A stretch of 64,000 nucleotides of DNA from Eledone cirrhosa. Lineage: Eukaryota. Position numbers and translations under genes: made by a program. Below the pieces are notes generated by a model. It saw nothing but the letters and a program-made list of their open reading frames with translations. It did no database searches and was not told the DNA's origin. Position 1 is the stretch's first letter. Each line of letters begins with the position of its first letter. Shown here one piece after another: positions 29,858 through 46,383 of this stretch. The stretch lies in the NCBI GenBank assembly GCA_964016885.1, contig OZ024741.1:59830001-59894000 (forward strand), written 5' to 3'.

Positions 29858-29865
<8 letters not shown>
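29108..29865. repeat. Fold-back element: ~150-bp inverted arms (29108-29254 / 29696-29865) around an HHR-bearing core
   Basis: The arms are reverse complements apart from a ~20-bp indel and a few substitutions. Confidence 0.85.
29505..29590 (+). ncRNA. Type I hammerhead ribozyme
   Basis: CTTC CTGAAGA A TCCG..GAGTTT...AAACTC..CGGA C GAAA CCATGG TA GAGG: stem I CTTC/GAGG, palindromic ACCATGGT, GUA triplet, 10.1-11.1 pair mismatched (A.C). Confidence 0.8.
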
Positions 29866-29903
<38 letters not shown>

Positions 29904-30305
29904 GGGGTGGGGTGCGTGAGTGTGTTTGTGTCTGTGTGTGGATGTGTACGCGTGTGAGTTTATAATTACGCTCTGTTAAAAGAAAATAATGGAAGTTTTG
30001 GAAATGATTCAAGCAATATGATTTGTAATATCTGTTTCTCTTTTACATAGATTAACTTACCATCACTGCAATACCTTAGAAATTCTCGAAATAGATATCC
30101 TGTAAACAAACACGAGAAATGCAATTACATTAGAATACTTTTAATTTGTGTATCATGTTAGAATATATATAAATAAATAATTATCTAGTAAATAGTGGTT
30201 CGCCTTTAAAAAATGTACATCATTCTCCTTTCAGTGAAAATTAAACTAACACGAGAGGAACAACAACAATAAATGACAATATAACTGACGATATCGGTAA
30301 ATATG

Positions 30306-30348
<43 letters not shown>

Positions 30349-30394
30349 ATACTAATAAATTTGAAGACTAAAACCCAAAGAGGGCTCGATAAGG

Positions 30395-30478
<84 letters not shown>

Positions 30479-30719
30479 GCATATATATATAAATGTGCGT
30501 GTGGTGTATGTATAGATGTTGGCATATGTATAGCTCAATGTTTAGAGCACCTAGCTTGTAACTGTGTCAAATTGAGTGAGATTATTCTTCGTAGCAGCCG
30601 GTGTTAATATTTTCTCGTCTCTAGCCATTTATAGCAACCTGTAATTGCAGTTATTTTCCGCGTCTGAGCTTCCTACATCATACATCTCCTCCGTTCTTAG
30701 CCTGTTCGGAAATTCGAGC

Positions 30720-30797
<78 letters not shown>

Positions 30798-30979
30798 AAG
30801 AGAGAGAGAGAGTTAGAGAGGGTGTGAGGGAGGGAGAGAAAGAGAGAGAGGTGGAGAGAGAGGGAGAGAAAGAGAGTGGAGAGAGAGGGAGAGAAAGAGA
30901 GAGAGGGAGAGCGAGGCAGAGAGGGGGAGAGTTAGAGAGGGAGAGGGAGAGAAATAGAGATGGAGGGAGAGAAAGTGAG

Positions 30980-31450
30980 TATCGGGTCCTTCCATGTATT
31001 TAGGGGCAGTATCAAGGTATGAATGATGGACTGCTTGTTACTACGCAATGGCGTCCATTTCAGTTGTTATTCCAGCTGTTAATGCCAACGTTTAGTGTTA
31101 GACCTTCCATGATCTTCCAAATGTATATCACTGTGTATATCTCCCAACTTCGTTCCACGGAATAGAGTTCTCCTTTTAGAATTTCTTAGTTGCTCACCTC
31201 CTACATGCTGGCAATATCCTTGGCGGAGCTTCGTTAGATCTGCAGTGAATCTGCTTCGAGATCTGCAGTGAATTTGATATTATTTGATGAACATAGTAGG
31301 TATTACTTGTTCAGGTAACAGAGGACATATTTTCCTGGTCTCTTATACTGACATACCTCAGAATCCGGCTAACCAGTGGTCAGAACATCACCAACATCTT
31401 CGTAGTATGCGTATGAATTAATACATCGCTGCTCAAGCTAATTGCTAGGG
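30980..31450 (-). mobile_element. Degenerate CR1-like LINE 3' region
   Basis: Minus translation gives ELYSVERSWEIYTVIYIWKIMEGL, resembling the LYSLERRRERY.IIY.WKI.EG C-terminal motif. Confidence 0.6.
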
Positions 31451-31646
31451 CCGTAGAGATGTTGAATCAACCAGAGTAACATTGTTGCTGTGGATTTGTG
31501 TCAGCGGTTGTTAACGAATATTTTAAAATGTCTCGATATTAAACTGAATATCATTATGTTTATCACATTTATATATAGCATCCAAATTTCGAGGAAGACG
31601 GTAGCACCATTTATAATATATATTATGTATATATATATATATATAT

Positions 31647-33480
31647 GAAAATGTTCAAGACTCCGACGGCAGATCTCAAGCCGTTTCGACGGCTATTTCT
31701 GGACTAAAATTAGATTTCTAGCGTGGTAATGAATAGCCGAACTTTTCAAGGGGTAATTCCTTATATGGAAAGATTGTTCTTGTCAAAAGGATTGGTCAAA
31801 ATTTCTTGTAAACACAATTAAATCTTTCATGGCGGTGGGTGGAAGGTGGTGGTGGCTGAACTTGCCTGTAGAACAATGAGGGGGGAGGGCGCGGTCAAGC
31901 GTTGAAAGTGAATTTTATACAGCAAATTCTAAGGAGTGTGGATGAAAGTAGGCTAGCTAGAAAGCAGGCAAAAAAAGAATTATGGAGGAATCTGAGAGTG
32001 GGAAGTTATAAAATCAAAAAGTTAATAGATTGAAATTAAGAAATTAAAAAATAATAAATAAAAATAATAATAATAATAAAAATTTAAATAAAAAAAAAGC
32101 TAGTCTAAAGCAGCTGCTATATTTGTAGCTGGTATTGCGTTTTCGGCCAATGCTATATAGAGTTAATCTGGGGTGGGGGTACTGAGGCTACAAAATCCTG
32201 ATGGGCTGCCTCAGGGTAAGCGAAAGATGAAAAAGGAAAAGGAAGAGGAGAGTGAGTGAAAGGAAGTGAGAAGAAGAGATAAAGGGAAAAACGAATATTC
32301 CAACAAAGCCTATATAGAATTAACCGCTTGTGACTTTAAGACCCGGCTCTACCTACACAGACATACGTTCAGAAACCCGACCCGGCAACATGCCACTACA
32401 CTTTCGAGCCACTTCTGGGACCTCCAAGATAGTAATATCACATACCACCTTACTTGGAGCTTACTTTCCAGGGCTAACTCCTACACGGGAGGTGGCCGTC
32501 TGTGTAACTTATGCTCGGAGGAAACAATACAAATGCTCTTTACGAAGGTCCAACTCCTAAACAAAAGAGACGAACTTGTAACCGCATGTAAATACCAATT
32601 GCGTAGGACTTACCTTGCCCTCAAACCCCCTCATGACCCGGATAAGTAGATAATGGCTGTAACATCCTTCTTTTCCCCACTTGCCGAACAAGATAGGGGA
32701 AACCCCAGCATACATAGGTAGATGTACTTTTTTATTTTTTCCTTTTATCTCTTCTTCTCACTTTCTTCCACTCCCTCTCCTCTTCCTTTTCCTTTTTCCT
32801 TTTTCGCTTACCCTGAGGCAGCCTATCGGGCTTTTGTAGCCTTAGTACCCCCACCCCAGTAAACTCTATATAGCATTGGCTGAAAACGCAATACCAGCTA
32901 AAAATATAACAATTGTTTTAGACTTTAGCTTTTTTTTAAATCATTTTTTATTTTTTATTATTTTATTTTTTAATATTATTATTATTTTTATTTATTATTT
33001 TTTAATTTTTTAATTTCAAATTATTAACTTTTTAATTTTATAACTTCCTACTCTCAGATTCCTCCAGAATTATTTTTTCGCCTACTTTCTATCTACGCGA
33101 CTTTCATCCACACTCCTTAGAATTTGCTGTATAGAATTCACTTTCAACGCTTGACCGGCTCCACCCATTCCCTCATTGTTCTACAGGCAAGTTCAGCCAC
33201 CCCACCTCCCACCCACCGCCATGAAAGATTTAATTGTGTTTACAAATTTTGATCAATCCTTTTGACAACTACAATCTTCCCATATAAGAATTACCCCGTG
33301 AAAATTCGGGTATTTATTACCACGCTAAACATCTAATGTTAGTCCAGAAATAGCCGTCGAAACGGCTTGAGATCTGCCGTCGGGGTCTTGAACATTTTCC
33401 TATTACCCACTCTACTACCCTAAGTATTGAGTACTCTGGTGCGTTATGGTCCACCTGGTTCCTTACCACACTTCCTTCGT
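31647..33480 (+). mobile_element. 5'-truncated PLE (GIY-YIG C-terminus + 3' UTR) preceded by an inverted ~640-bp copy of its UTR
   Basis: The 32292-32649 part encodes AYIELT..FKTRLYLH, TTLSSHFW, LCNLCSEE and LLNKRDELVTAC. 31647-32291 is the reverse complement of 32736-33399. Unpaired tail 33400-33480; (TA)n on both sides. Confidence 0.9.
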
Positions 33481-33885
33481 TATATATATATATATATATA
33501 TATGTTCGTGTGCATGTGTGTGGGTGTGTGTGTAAAAGGTGAACAGAAATAACAATACAATCGGTATAGTATCTAGAAGGAATATATTAGGTTAATATTA
33601 GGTTAACGCTTGAAATAGCCGAAAGAGGGTCCTAATTTATTATATTATATTATGTATATAATTCTATATTATAATTATGTTTAATCTCTGTATAAATGAA
33701 ATGAATATTGATTATGTAACTCAATACAGAAAGCTCAATGAATATTAAACACAGAGCATAATTGTTTACAAATTTAAACGATATATCAAGAAACCATTTT
33801 TCTATATCAAGTTGAGAAACAATACTAGCATTATGTTCATATATAGAACAATAAATAATAAATGTACGTGCTTAAATAAAAATTA

Positions 33886-34027
33886 TCTTACGGCCGTTTC
33901 ATGTAAATTTAGGATACAATGTTTACAATCTATTTTAATGTTTGATATCAATCACCAAGTAATAAACATCACCAGGATTGTATCATAAACAAAATCAAGA
34001 GCACGGAAAATCTCCATTCGTCAGTCT
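33886..34027 (-). ncRNA. Hammerhead motif with long stem II; stem I disrupted
   Basis: Minus strand reads CTGACGA ATGGAGATTT...AAATTTACAT GAAA CGGCCG TA: palindromic ACGGCCGT, GUA triplet. The stem I flanks are not complementary. Confidence 0.55.
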
Positions 34028-34181
34028 GAGCTACGGGACATTTATATATAAATCACACAATATACACTAGCAATATTTACAAGCAAGACCCTCAAAATAA
34101 TAGTACATGGATAGACTAATTAACGTCTTACAGAAAGGGAGACATTTTACAGGACTGCTATCACTAAAGATAGCAGCCAAC

Positions 34182-34382
<201 letters not shown>

Positions 34383-34389
34383 TATATAC

Positions 34390-34450
<61 letters not shown>

Positions 34451-34518
34451 CATATATATATACATATATATATATATGTATATATATACATATATATATA
34501 TACATATATATATATATG

Positions 34519-34580
<62 letters not shown>

Positions 34581-34612
34581 CATATATATATATACATATA
34601 TATATATATATG

Positions 34613-34664
<52 letters not shown>

Positions 34665-35025
34665 TACATACATATACATTAGAAAACCAAAGCTAAACAG
34701 AAAGAATGAGTGGAACAACAACAACACCCAAACAAACAACACTGACCTAAGAGAAGTATAAATAAATAAGTAAATTAAATTAAATAAAATAAGATAAATA
34801 AATACATACACAAGCACATAAACACACACTAGTCACCCAGCAGACACAACACGATACACACTAGTCACACATCACACTATACACACACGCAAACGCATGC
34901 GCAAAGAAGACAAAATAAAATAAGATAAACAAACAAGCAAATAAATAAATAAATATATAGACAGACTGAACAAAAAAAAATGGCGTAGACATACAACACA
35001 ACAGGAGGAACAATGAATATAACAC

Positions 35026-35063
35026 CACTGACGATGTTGCAGATGTGCAACGAAAGATTTATG
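35026..35063 (+). ncRNA. Minimal hammerhead with an extra nucleotide before stem II
   Basis: CA CTGACGA T GTTGCA GATG TGCAAC GAAA GATT TA TG; the surrounding element (34973-35268) shares motifs with 61048-61307. Confidence 0.6.
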
Positions 35064-35265
35064 TAAACTATATATATATGTGTTTGTCTATATTGTATCT
35101 GTATTATTTTTGACCGCCGGTCAGTCAATGGCAACATTGAGGACCGAGTAAGTTAGATCGCAGATATATATATATAAAAGACAGCGAGAAGCGAAAACCA
35201 ACCAAACAGTGAGTGTGTTCTGTTATTAATTCTGGCAATATTACGCAAATATGACCCTCCCCAAA

Positions 35266-37952
<2,687 letters not shown>

Positions 37953-38074
37953 AAAATTAAGATAGATTGAAAGAATACAATCAGAATCGAAATTGTGGGT
38001 GTCATACCTTAACGGAATGCGCCATATCGCCCGGAAAATAAGCTCTAGGACTTTGTACGTACGAGCATTTTATA

Positions 38075-38736
38075 ATAATAACTAGGAATTGATCAACATA
38101 TATATAAATAAATATAAACATGAAAAATCACAGGACATAATTTTTACAAGCGTGTAACCACGCATGGCTAGTAGGTAACAAATAAATAAAGTTAACTAGA
38201 ACTTCAAAAATATATACCTTTTAATGATTAATCTTCCCTGTATATATTTCATTAAAGAAATATATTTCACCAATTAATCAGATGGTAAGTCACGGAAAGT
38301 GGATATTATTGGATTATCAACAAGGAAGAACAATATCAAGCGATCCATGTTTACACTTCGAGTCAAAATCTTAAACTGGTCGTTACCACGTGTTGATATT
38401 ATTATTAGTGATGTGTAATATCAACACGTGGTAACGGCCAGTTTAAGATTTTGACTCGAAGTGTAAACATGGATCGCTTGATATTGTTCTTCCTTGTTGA
38501 TAATCCAATAATATCCACTTTCCGTGACTTACCATCTGATTAATTGGTGAAATATATTTCTTTAATGAAATATATACAGGGAAGATTAATCATTAAAAGG
38601 TATATATTTTTGAAGTTCTAGTTAACTTTATTTATTTGTTACCTACTAGCCATGCGTGGTTACACGCTTGTAAAAATTATCTCCTGTGATTTTTCATGTT
38701 TATATTTATTTATATATATGTTGATCAATTCCTAGT

Positions 38737-38742
<6 letters not shown>
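38075..38742. repeat. Near-perfect ~327-bp palindrome with ~14-bp spacer
   Basis: 38075-38401 is the reverse complement of 38416-38742; I found two mismatches by eye. Confidence 0.92.
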
Positions 38743-38815
<73 letters not shown>

Positions 38816-38856
38816 CATATGTGTATATATATACAAATATACACAGATATATATAT

Positions 38857-38897
<41 letters not shown>

Positions 38898-39044
38898 TAC
38901 ATACATACATATATACATGCACATTCATACATATACATTCATACATATATACACTATAAATATACATATCTGCACACGTGCGTGTATGACTTCTGTATTC
39001 AGGAATAAGTTATACGCAGTGTGTCTGCAGTGACATTATGTATG

Positions 39045-39132
<88 letters not shown>

Positions 39133-39228
39133 TCTCTATATATATATATATATATGTGTTTATATATGTATGAATGTACATATGTATATATGTATGTATA
39201 TATGTATGAATGTACATATGTATATATG

Positions 39229-39289
<61 letters not shown>

Positions 39290-39804
39290 ATGTATATATA
39301 CATACATCAATATTTTGTGCCAGTGTTTACTATTTCCTCCTCGAAATCCTCCAGCAACAGCAAACTAGAAATCGATATGTTTAGCAAGCAATGAATATTT
39401 ACATAAAATCCATAAACGATAGACGCGATGTAGCCCCTTGTTATCAATATTTATGCAATGTAATATTTTTAGTTCTTCATAGGAAATTGTCTCCTTAACG
39501 GCTCCTTAAAATGCTTTAGTCTGTTACGTGGGAGAAATACATTTATAAGTGTCCGAAGACAAACAACACACTGGAGTCTTCTTTCTTTAAATAATGGTTT
39601 TATTGATTCTAATGCAGAATGTATCACAATGCAACATGTGACGTGATTCATGAATTGGTCACAACGCAACCACATGGTGCTGACTTCGAACCCTACGTGG
39701 CAGCGCTTTAGGCAAATGTCGTGTATTCTACTACAGCCTCGTGTTTACCAATGAGTGGAACTTGGTAGAGGAAAACTGCAGAAATCCCACATTAATATCA
39801 TTAT

Positions 39805-40205
39805 CATTTTTATTTTACGTCCGCTTTTCCCTGCTTGCAAGGGTGGGACGGTTCGTATTCTGCACAGCATCTCTCTATTCATCACAGTCCTTCTTCATAT
39901 CCTCCGTGAGATTCAGACATCTGAGATCAGCTTTCACCACCTCTGCCCATGTTTCTCCTGGTCTTCCTCTACTGCCTCTTACTTCTACTGGGATTTCTTG
40001 GCACATCTTTACCAAGCGGTAATCCTCCATGCGCAGCAAATGTCTATACTAACGCAGTCTTCTCTCTCGCACACTACAACTTATCCCTCTTATACCCAGT
40101 TTCTCTCTCAACTCATCTATGATTGGTCATTTACACACATTGACATTGCACATCCAACGGAGCATGCTTGCTTCATTTCTCTCCTGCCATCGCATATCCT
40201 CCGCA
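39805..40205 (-). mobile_element. RTE-clade LINE 3' end
   Basis: Minus translation gives VRERRLR*YRHLLRMED..VK, RGRPGETWAEVVKADL; short ATAATG-type tail. Confidence 0.8.
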
Positions 40206-40299
40206 GTTACTGCCTCGCTCTCTATATATATAGTGTGAGTGTGTGTGCGAGTGTATGTGTGTGCCTGTGTGCACGCAAGTGTGTGTGTAAGTGCATGTG

Positions 40300-40492
40300 A
40301 ATCTCGGGTTCAATTGTGGGTAACCATAGCTAGTAAGGTACTCAATACATTAGTAAAGTATAAACATCAAGGTTAATAAAGAAATGGCTTCTACAGGATG
40401 AGATCTGTTTCATTCAAAAGAGATCATTTGATGATTTCTTTTGAATGAAACAGTTGTAGTCCTGTAGAAGCGATTTATTTATTAAACTTGAT
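40300..40492 (-). mobile_element. Small fold-back element (arms 40366-40492) plus tail homologous to 57550-57650
   Basis: Imperfect hairpin centred near 40428; tail GTATTGAGTACCTTACT...TTGAACC.G.GATTCA is shared with 57598-57647. Confidence 0.7.
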
Positions 40493-42585
40493 ATATACAT
40501 GTATATATAGGGGAGATGTGTGTGTTCATTTCTATATTCACGTTTGTGACTGTGTATGTCATGTAAGGCAGTTGTTCTTCGAAAATTCTATCGATGAAAT
40601 ATACACCAGACTTTAATAAAACAAATATTGGGGTTGCTATGACCGACAAAATCATTGCGATGCCTCTGATCGCAGTTGAATTATTATAAAAATATAATAA
40701 TATTCAACCAATGCAATATTAGATAAGACTCTCATGTCATGAGACCTTGTATTTACGCTAGAAATCATAAGTGTTATATAAGAATATTTCCAGTATTAAT
40801 GTCCGTGGAATGCAAATAACAATTTAATAGAATCACAGCAACTGTTTTTTAAGGAAAATAGCCGATCTTCAGTTCTTGCTAAAGAAACATTATTGCTATT
40901 GGTCTTTCCATTGCTAATACTATCTGGCGGTCCCAACACCTGATAGAAGAAAGAACAGGAGACGATATTCTGGTCGGACCGCGAAAATAATGTTTTCATT
41001 GGACTGCCCTTTGCTTATACTATTTACCGAGTACTATTATTTCAGGAGAAAGGAACCAATATTCATTCCAGACCAAGGAAACGATATTTCCATTCGACTT
41101 CGCATTGTTTTATTATTCGCAGCTAATGGCAGAAGGAATCCAGATTTAAAGTTAGAATCGGAGAAATTCCGCAAATAGTTCCTTCCAAATCTTTAATAAT
41201 GCTGTCAATCTATCACATCTAGACTAGTACTTTATATTGTTGATTCTAGAATGATGACAGACAAAGTTGACAACAATGGATATTGAACTCAGTGCTCATT
41301 AATCCAGAATAAATATCGAGGCATTTAATTTGACTCACTAACAACCTTGTAATTTCGGTGCCTTCTTGGACGTAATATTGTGTCTCTTCCGCCACATACA
41401 TAGCAAAAACATGAACGGAGCATGGCCATATGGTGAAGGAGTTCGCATCGCAATAATTAGTTTCGGAATTGTATCTTGGGTAATTCATTTGCCATAGCTA
41501 CGAGGAGACGCCAGCCTTGTCAGCGAAATGAGGTAGGCGGAAACTGTTTGGAAGCTTGTCAGAGTAATTTTACTTGTAATTTAAATAGCCAGCCTTGTCC
41601 AACACTATCACACCGAATCTCTATCAGAATCATGCTAAATATACACGTGTTTGTGGAACGTACAGCCACCTACACGTTGATTTCAAGAAAAAGTAGTTGA
41701 GCAAACAAATGTAGCACGTCGAAGCCGACGAATGTCCAGCGATTTATCAATCAATTAATAATGAATAACACGAACATTTCTACTAAAATCTCTTAGTTAT
41801 ATTTCCCTTTTGAATTAAGATTTAACAACTAAAATTAGTGCACAGATGGTTTTAGAATTGTAAACTGTAACTAAGTTTAATGGAGGGTGAAGACATGTTC
41901 GAATTAACGCAGATACGAAAACTAAACATGGCGTCAACTATAATTAAATCACCGCCTCTCCTCCAAAGAATAATGAATGCAAGAGAGGATTGAAAATATT
42001 TTATATAATATTCACATGTCTAGTATCATAGGAACAATATGTTGTGTGGATGGTAAATAGAGAAATAGGGGCGTGGTGGGGACGTGAAAGGGAGAAATAT
42101 ACTGTTTGAAATACAAATAATTTAAAAACGCAAAAATAAACAAAATAATACATTTTAATATAGTTGATTTGATGATGGTAGCATACTTCAATAACTGATT
42201 ATGTTACTATTAATGAACTTTTAAGGCAGAAATCGGTGAATTGAAAGTTAAAAATCAATTCTTCACACATGAATAATTAGTAATGGAGCGAATTTTAAAT
42301 GAAGATATCTTCATAGGAAGATTTTCTAAAGTTTTCCAGTTAGTTATTTCACAGAAAACAATAAAAGGAATGCTGAAAGCTATACAATACAATCTCGTTG
42401 ATGAGCAACATATTCCAGTAATTGTGTTGTTGTTGTTGGATATCCGTCGGTTTTGACGATGCATGTTCCAGTTATTCGAAAAACGAAACAGACCGCTTGT
42501 GAGATTAATGTGTAAATTACTGAGCATTGCATAAACATGTGTATCTTTTGAATTAAAGGCATAATCCATTTTGTATTATAGTGTA

Positions 42586-42772
42586 AGGGTGGTGAATTGG
42601 TAGTATCGGTGGAGGGTCGGACGCCATGCTTTCCAGCATAGTTACGCCCCTTTACACTCTGAGTTCAAATCCCGTCGAGGTTAACTTTGCCTTTCATCCT
42701 TACGGGGTCAATGAAATAAAGTACCAGTAATGTACTGGATAATTGGTGGCCTTGTGCCAAAAGTAGAAACAA
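42586..42772 (+). mobile_element. Near full-length tRNA-derived SINE
   Basis: A-box-like TGGTAGTATCGG and B-box GAGTTCAAATCCC, conserved core GCCTTTCATCCTTACGGGGTC..TAAAATAAAGTACC, tail GGCCTTGTGCCAAAAGTAGAAAC; at least 6 copies in the window. Confidence 0.9.
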
Positions 42773-43347
42773 GTATAGTGTAAGAGGCTGATCATTCCAC
42801 AGAGATATATATTTAACATAGTAAAGGGTATGGCAATACTGGCCTTTGAATTACAGGTACAGCTCATGTCTTTTGCTTCATGTGTGGCATAAGGAAATGT
42901 GAAAGTATTTTGTTCAAGGACACATGGTGTTACTGGAAACAGAACTCACAACCTTAGTATCGTGCGCTGAATATACTAAACGCTTAGTCATACAACACCA
43001 CATTCCAGTAATTGCATTTATATTTAAATACTGAAAACATAAAATAGACAAAACAGATGTACTTGCTTTGTGATTGAGGATTTTATTGCTGAATGATGTT
43101 ATTGCAATTACACATTATATAACAGTTAACAAAAATAAAGAAACAATTTAGCATTGATTTTAGATTGCACTAATTATCTAATTAAGTAGATACTGACATT
43201 CACTAACAAATACATGTTTCAATGTGTAAATATTTTGTTTGTAGGCATATGCGTGGATATTTTTGTATATACGCATGTATTAACGTATATATGATATACA
43301 TCTCTCTCTCTCTTACTCTTTCTCTCTCTCGCTCTCGCTCTCTCTCC

Positions 43348-43379
<32 letters not shown>

Positions 43380-43579
43380 CCATCTATCTATCTATCTATA
43401 AATAACAGTTGACTTAAGGAACATTGTGCAAACTAGAAGTATGTGCATCGCAACGTAAATGACGATAATATATATAGTGGTGGTGTAAATAGGGTGAAAT
43501 ACTCATGGAGATGTTGGGTTTGAATAGGTGCTCACGTCTCTGTCAACGCTTTTCTATGTTGGGGGGTACTTTTCCCGAT

Positions 43580-45299
43580 TTTATTATTGAAAAATATGTA
43601 AATACGAGTTCTAACCATCCACTCTCTATAATTAAATCCATCCCTAGAAATGTTTCTCTTAGAATCTCCCGCCTGTCGTCCAACCAACAAACCTTCAAAG
43701 AACATGCCGAATATTATGATGATGCACTTAGGAAAGCCGGACACCTAGATAATATAGAGTATATAGTCGAAGATCACCAAAACACCCAAAATAAATCCCA
43801 TAGGGGTAGAAATAGCACAGAATTCCCACCATACATACACTACCGCAATAAACACAATAACAGTCGCACACCACCAAACAGAAGGCGATGTAAAGAGTAT
43901 ATTTGGTACAACCCGGTCTATAACAACTCTATTAAAACCAATCTACCCTCACAATTCTTTCGATTAGTTAAAAAACACTCTCCAACATCACATAAATATA
44001 ATAAAATCTTAAACCCTAACACTATTCGACTTTCATATTCAACCGCCCCTAATATTGAACAACATATAAAAAAGCTTAACGCAAAACGGTTGTATAAACG
44101 CCTTCCAACACATAACAATACACGTAAAACATTAGCTATAACATCACAAAACAACAAACAACATCCTGTCCTACCTAAGCAACCTCATCAACCCATCCAT
44201 GCCAATACAACAACGCAAAATTATAACTGTAACTGTGTCCAACCAGGAATGTGTCCGTTGAACAATCAGTGTCTTGAACGCAACATCATATACAAATGTA
44301 CTATCGAATCGGATAGACAGAAGTGGTACTATGTGGGATCTACAGCCACCTCCTTCAAATCACGCCTTTATAGACATCGTTACTCGATAAAACATGAAAA
44401 CCAGCGTTATGTAACAACACTCGCAGACAAGGCTTGGCAGCTGCGTGAAAATAACCAACAATTTAACCTAAAGTGGGATATAATATCGTGCCCTTCCATA
44501 CCCACGGACAGGAATTTCATAAATTATGTAATATGGAATTATTTTGTATTATGAAATCCAAAAACATTTTATTAAATAACAGAATAGAGCGATCGTTATA
44601 CTGTAACCATCGCTTAAAATCTACATTTTTATATTACAAATACTACCAGGATTGAACGCCTGTCTCCATCTCCGTTTGATTGTCAAAATACATATTAACA
44701 TTCTCTATTAGTCTTAATTCTATCATCTCTTCTATTATTTACCATTTAATATAAACTGCTATAGATAAAATGAGATTTCTTAATTCAATTCCCTAATGCA
44801 TATATCAGCTGGCTACTAGCATTGATGTTATTCAGTAGAAGTCGAAATCTCCCCCTTCCTCAATTGACACTTTATAATTAATACTACTACACCAAATGAC
44901 CAGCCCTGCCCATTGTTCAATTGGTCAAGTATAGATTAAAATAGGCACTCCCAAAAATTCTTATTTAGATAAAATAAACCATTTACTCATTGTATTCTCA
45001 TTAGAAACCCTTTATATACTTGTTTAGCAGTAAATTGAATTACCATCTGTCAAATACTATCCCCTCTTTTCTTCCTCTATTACAACTAATATAAATACTT
45101 CAATTTTTCTGATTTTATCCAACTTATCCAAAATTTCTGAAGAAGTGACAACTGATTATACATTTGCTATCGAATACTTGCTAACATTATATGATTACGC
45201 AAGCAGCGATACATAGGTATTCCGTCTGTTACAGAAACATATGTCAATACGTAATAAATTCCTTTTTTTTAAAAAAAGCACTTTCATTTTATATTCATC

Positions 45300-45300
<1 letters not shown>
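43580..45300 (+). mobile_element. 5'-truncated PLE (RT thumb, linker, GIY-YIG) with 3' UTR, Naiad-like
   Basis: YVNTSSNHPLSIIKSIP..RISRLSSN, IWYNPVYN..IKTN, YNKILNPNTIRLSYS, CNC..CPLNNQCL..NIIYKC, YYVGSTATSFKSRLYRH, LLNNRIER..CNHR (ends 44655); the UTR carries an HHR. Confidence 0.93.
45134..45248 (+). ncRNA. Type I hammerhead with long stem II in the PLE 3' UTR
   Basis: CTGAAGA 45137-45143, stem II GTGACA/TGTTAC, GAAA 45234-45237, palindromic ACATATGT, GUC triplet; stem I is only 2 bp. Confidence 0.6.
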
Positions 45301-45369
<69 letters not shown>

Positions 45370-45519
45370 AGGGAGTGTAACGCGGAGTTACTGTAGGTTC
45401 TCCCGGGTTAGCACTCGATGTTTAGGTTCACTTCTGTATCAAGGTGTAGAGGTAGGCAGAGTGTAGTATAATAAAATAAAACAAGGATGAGTGGTTACTC
45501 CTTCATTACGTTTATTGGT

Positions 45520-45586
45520 TGGTAACGTGCGTTTCGCCGCCGATCAGCTCAAGGTGTGATCTGTAATCAACGGCTCGTCAGATTAT
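45520..45586 (-). ncRNA. Hammerhead in a minus-strand PLE-type end (45368-45620)
   Basis: Minus strand reads CTGACGA GCCGTTGATTA...TGATCGGCGGC GAAA CGCACG TT: 11-bp stem II with G-U pairs; stem I is weak. Confidence 0.6.
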
Positions 45587-45921
45587 ATTCCAGGCAATAC
45601 GTGGACACAGGGAACTTATACATACCGAGCATTATAATAAATCTTCGGTGACTCCATACGTAGATATATATATGTGTGCATGTATGTATATATATATATA
45701 CATACTACTGTACGTCTGTATGCATATATGTATGTACGTGTACATACTTATATTTACGTAACAGCCGTATTAAGAGTGGGAAATGAAATTTCGTTTCATT
45801 TTTCCGTTTATCGTTTTCGGTGCACCCGGCCGATTAACCCACTCGATATGCAAATTGGGCTACTCAGCCGTTAATATGCATAAGGTAAGTATATACGTTC
45901 AACAATCTGCAGGAAGGTATA

Positions 45922-45962
45922 CGTTACTGACGATAGCTAATAAGATTGAAACTAGTACAGCG
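45922..45962 (+). ncRNA. Minimal type I hammerhead, unit 1 (two stem mismatches)
   Basis: CGTTA CTGACGA TAGCT AATA AGATT GAAA CTAG TA CAGCG. Confidence 0.75.
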
Positions 45963-46342
45963 TTCTTTGTCAGTGTTGAACAAACGAGCAACGATGGTTG
46001 CTGGACACTACAGCTTAATACAGGATGTTTGTTTACAAACACACCGAGCATTATAATAAATTTTCGGTGAATCCATACGTAGATATATATATGTGTGCAT
46101 GTATGTATATATATATATACATACTACTGTACGTCTGTATGCATATATGTATGTACGTGTACATACTTATATTTAAGTAACAGCCGTACTAAGAGTGGGA
46201 AATGAAATTTTGTTTCATTTTTTCTGTTTATCGTTTTCGGTGCACCCGGCCGATTAACCCACTCGATGTGCAAATTGGGCTACTCAGCCGTTAATATGCA
46301 TAAGGTAAGTATATACGTTCAACAATCTGGCAGGAAGGTATA

Positions 46343-46383
46343 CGTTGCTGACGATAGCTAATAAGCTTGAAACTAGTACAGCG
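46343..46383 (+). ncRNA. Minimal type I hammerhead, unit 2 (intact)
   Basis: CGTTG CTGACGA TAGCT AATA AGCTT GAAA CTAG TA CAGCG: 5-bp stem I, AGCT/AGCT stem II, palindromic ACTAGT stem III, GUA cleavage after 46378. Confidence 0.9.

Noticed and set aside
43505-44655. Selenocysteine (in-frame UGA) recoding, reported for some Naiad PLEs
   Set aside because: The conserved Cys positions I could read here and in the 32292-32649 and 4330-5374 fragments are normal Cys codons or plainly mutated; I could not identify a SECIS by eye.
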